Shown one piece after another: positions 61,390-64,000 of a DNA stretch of 64,000 bases. Position numbers and translations under genes: made by a program. Under the pieces are notes generated by a model that ran no database searches, was not told the DNA's origin, and worked only from the letters and a program-made list of their open reading frames with translations. The DNA is from Oscillospiraceae bacterium. GTDB taxonomy: Bacteria > Bacillota > Clostridia > Oscillospirales > CAG-272. The stretch is from assembly GCA_015064855.1 (NCBI GenBank), contig SVRK01000001.1:14196-78195 (forward strand). The letters are read 5' to 3'. Every line of letters starts with the position of its first letter. Position 1 is the stretch's first letter.

Positions 61390-63573
61390 ATGAAAAAGAG
61401 ATTATTATGCATCGTTATAGCTATGCTTATGGTTTTACCATTAGTGTTAGCTTCGTGTGGCGATGATTCTGAAAAAGATAAGATGAAGGAAATTATCTTG
61501 GGTACAAACTCAAGTACTCCCATCGACAAGGCTTATACCTTATCTATTTGGATACCTACCGATGCTATAACAATTAAGGGACAAACTGCAGATTTAAGCG
61601 AACTTACACAACAACAAAAGGATACTCTTATATCCAAGCATCCCGACGTTTATGAATTTTTAAAGCGAGTTGATGCGGTTGAAGATGCAATAAACGAAAT
61701 TTTAATTGGTAGAAGCTATTATACAAAGGTTGATATTGTCCCTGTAAATAATGAGTATTATGAGGAAACAATTTCTAATCGCTTTGCAGATATTGACGCA
61801 AATTCAAATCCTGGTGAAATGAATGCATTAGGACAAACCAGTGCGTATGATAACGAGGTTGTTGAAGAAGCAGTAGGAAATAAGGTGTTGTACGATTTAC
61901 TTTATCGTCCTGTTAGCAATAATCAGCTTGACATTTTCTTAATTAGAGATTACGGAGAGCACAGTGGTTATGCACAGTATATGTCGTACGTAAATTCCAA
62001 TTACATAATTCCGTTAAATGATCCTCAAAGCACAAACTACATTGGCGGAGACAAAAAATACGCAAGCATTAATAAATTGATTAGAGAGCCATTTTTAAAC
62101 GAATTAAAGATCAATAAGCTCATTTATGCTTTGCCAAATAATCATCTTTATGCTGACCAATATCAGTATTTACTTATAAACAAAGAAATTTTAAGTTCTT
62201 ATGAGCAGTTCAATATCAATGATATAACTGATTTTGATTCTTGCATTGATTTTATTAATGCAGTTGGCAATAGTGGCTTAAAGGGTGTTATTCCTTTGGT
62301 TGCCAATTTTGATGATGTTGCTGGATATGATTTTGCTGATAAAGCACTTGGTCTTGGAGGCACTATTACCGAGGAAACAAAAAATATTGAAAGCGTCTTT
62401 TCATCTGAAAAATTCAATAGCTTTGTAAAAGCTTATAAGGAATTGCAAGATAAGAATTATGTAAAAACTCAACTTCTAGATGGTGAAAAATCAGCAGTGC
62501 AAATTTTTAATGGTACTTCAAAGGACGCTGAAAAATTTGCTGATAAATATTATCTTGTAAAGACAGCTAATCCTGTTGCTAAATCTTCTGATGTGTATTC
62601 TTCACTATTTGCAATTAGTACATTTTCACTTAATTACGATAGATCCATGAAGATTCTTAACTTATTGCAATCTGATACTCAAATTAGAACCTTGCTACAA
62701 TATGGAATAGAGAATGAAGATTATTCTATTATAGTTGACGAAGATTCTAGTGGTAACGAGATTGAAAAAATTAAGATTAAAGATACTGCATACAAGATGA
62801 ATATTCTTTATACCGGAAATGAGTATTACACATATCCCGGCAATGATTCAGCAATTGACGATTGGCAATATGTAAAGGATACAAATCTTGACGTAACAAT
62901 TGATCCGTTTATTGGTCTTGAGTATTATCTTTTAAATAACAATTTGTCTCAAGATGACAAAAACTTTTTAGCTAACAACAGTGAAAAATATATTTCAATT
63001 ATGAGTGAAGTATATAGTGCGGTTTCTCAAATGAGCAGTAGCGAATATGAACAATTTATAAAATTGCACGATGATATACTTGGCGAGTATGCAACTATAG
63101 TTGAAAATGATAAAAAGATTGCCAATAATACTGATGAAATTAATAAGAAAACTGAAGAGAAAAACAATATTGTCAACAAATTAAGTGCTGATAAAAAGAA
63201 GCAATACTTAGAGTCAGAAGAAAGATATGATTCTATTAGTGATAGAATAGATGAGATTCAAGCTGAAATGGACAATGGTAATTTTAGTAATTTCATGGAG
63301 CAAATTACGCTTTCTGATGAAAAGATTGCACTTGAATTTGTCCTTGCTGGAGTTTCCCAAAATGCTACAGATTTAAAACTTGAGATCAGCTTATTGAAGA
63401 ACGATAATACTTTGTTGAAAAAGCAAAGTGAAGAATGTATTAATAACTGTGCTAGTTTGATAAGCAACAATGCTGATTTGATTTCCAAATATCCGTCTGT
63501 TAGCAGTCTTTTAGGCAACAGTGATTTCTCTGAAATAGTTTTAATTTATAACAAAATTCTTAAATTAATGTAA
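61390..63573 (+). CDS. Large lipoprotein of unknown function with a coiled-coil C-terminus
   Basis: Signal peptide with lipobox LVLASCGD. No other motif. Confidence 0.6.
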   Translation: MKKRLLCIVIAMLMVLPLVLASCGDDSEKDKMKEIILGTNSSTPIDKAYTLSIWIPTDAITIKGQTADLSELTQQQKDTLISKHPDVYEFLKRVDAVEDAINEILIGRSYYTKVDIVPVNNEYYEETISNRFADIDANSNPGEMNALGQTSAYDNEVVEEAVGNKVLYDLLYRPVSNNQLDIFLIRDYGEHSGYAQYMSYVNSNYIIPLNDPQSTNYIGGDKKYASINKLIREPFLNELKINKLIYALPNNHLYADQYQYLLINKEILSSYEQFNINDITDFDSCIDFINAVGNSGLKGVIPLVANFDDVAGYDFADKALGLGGTITEETKNIESVFSSEKFNSFVKAYKELQDKNYVKTQLLDGEKSAVQIFNGTSKDAEKFADKYYLVKTANPVAKSSDVYSSLFAISTFSLNYDRSMKILNLLQSDTQIRTLLQYGIENEDYSIIVDEDSSGNEIEKIKIKDTAYKMNILYTGNEYYTYPGNDSAIDDWQYVKDTNLDVTIDPFIGLEYYLLNNNLSQDDKNFLANNSEKYISIMSEVYSAVSQMSSSEYEQFIKLHDDILGEYATIVENDKKIANNTDEINKKTEEKNNIVNKLSADKKKQYLESEERYDSISDRIDEIQAEMDNGNFSNFMEQITLSDEKIALEFVLAGVSQNATDLKLEISLLKNDNTLLKKQSEECINNCASLISNNADLISKYPSVSSLLGNSDFSEIVLIYNKILKLM

Positions 63574-63577
63574 CAGA

Positions 63578-63602
63578 AAGGGCGAGTTTTCGCCCTTTTT
63601 GT
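63578..63602 (+). terminator. Intrinsic terminator
   Basis: AAGGGCGA pairs with TCGCCCTT, followed by a T-run. Confidence 0.65.
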
Positions 63603-63633
63603 TATATATTTGAATTCGCTCCAATAAATTAAT

Positions 63634-63936
63634 ATGAAGGGAGTGGATATTTTTATGGATGAAGGCATGTCTTCTTTATCAGAAAAGCAAGTTATAAATT
63701 TGTGTGATGGAAAGATACTTGGATATATTATAGATTTTAAAATTGATATTTGTTCTGGACGTCTTACCTCGATAGTTTTGCCTGGTGAAAGCGGATTTTT
63801 TGGATTTAAAAAATGTACTGATATTGTTATTCCTTGGGAAAAAATTTGTAAAATCGGAAGGGATGCAATAATTGTAGATATAGGTATATTACCGTGTTGT
63901 GATGGCGATAAAAAATCTTCAAAAAAGAAAATTTAA
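63634..63936 (+). CDS. YlmC/YmxH-family PRC-barrel sporulation protein
   Basis: Motifs VINLCDGKILGYIIDFKIDICSGRLTSIVLPG and IPWEKICKIGRDAIIVD. The start is uncertain (63634, 63655 or 63667). Confidence 0.75.
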   Translation: MKGVDIFMDEGMSSLSEKQVINLCDGKILGYIIDFKIDICSGRLTSIVLPGESGFFGFKKCTDIVIPWEKICKIGRDAIIVDIGILPCCDGDKKSSKKKI

Positions 63937-64000
63937 CAAACAATTGTAAATTTTTTGTGAACACGCAAAAAAATTCTTGCAATTATAATAATTGCGTGAT

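Noticed and set aside
1-64000. A search for CRISPR arrays, tRNA/rRNA genes, reverse transcriptases (retron/DGR) and IS transposases.
   Set aside because: I noticed no regularly spaced direct repeats, no cloverleaf-like or rRNA-like segments, and no RT or DDE transposase motifs in any listed ORF. This was by-eye inspection only, so small RNAs could have been missed.

Overview
The window has two very different halves. Bases 1 to about 43.35 kb are the right-hand part of a large, visibly more GC-rich integrative mobile element; its left end lies outside the window. Bases about 43.35-64 kb are AT-rich core chromosome of an endospore-forming, Clostridia-type Firmicute. That host part carries a spoIVB fragment, a marR-like gene, a complete spoIIIAA-AH operon, an ABC exporter, spoIIGA-sigE, rpmE, hflX, a yigZ-like gene, a dGTPase-like gene, dnaG-rpoD, a lipoprotein and a ylmC/ymxH-like gene. 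The element ends with a Tn916-style regulatory module (Cys-rich KTR protein, XRE repressor, two sigma-70-fragment proteins). This is followed by a 380-bp ORF-free segment bracketed by a perfect 15-nt inverted repeat and by three translationally coupled large serine recombinases. The element interrupts spoIVB exactly before the catalytic-serine motif. Its interior carries several modules. (1) A HerA-like ATPase / free-standing WHH nuclease / SUKH immunity operon. (2) A tandem DUF262 (GmrSD-like) pair. (3) A CI/LexA-like repressor and Y-family polymerase cassette with three operators phased at 31 bp. (4) Two long replication/recombination operons, each preceded by a near-identical promoter-leader-terminator module: one has SSB-like, MoxR-like AAA+, zincin/VWA and orphan MTase genes, the other has YqaJ exonuclease, RecD2-like helicase and Toprim primase genes. 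(5) A catalytically dead resolvase homologue. (6) A PD-(D/E)XK-like nuclease plus WYL regulator pair. (7) A SpoVK-type AAA+ operon. (8) A Fur-family / atypical OmpR-type regulator operon with recognisable candidate DNA boxes. I saw no virion, lysis, T4SS, rRNA, tRNA or CRISPR features. All calls rest on motif reading and synteny by eye; no database search or computation was possible.
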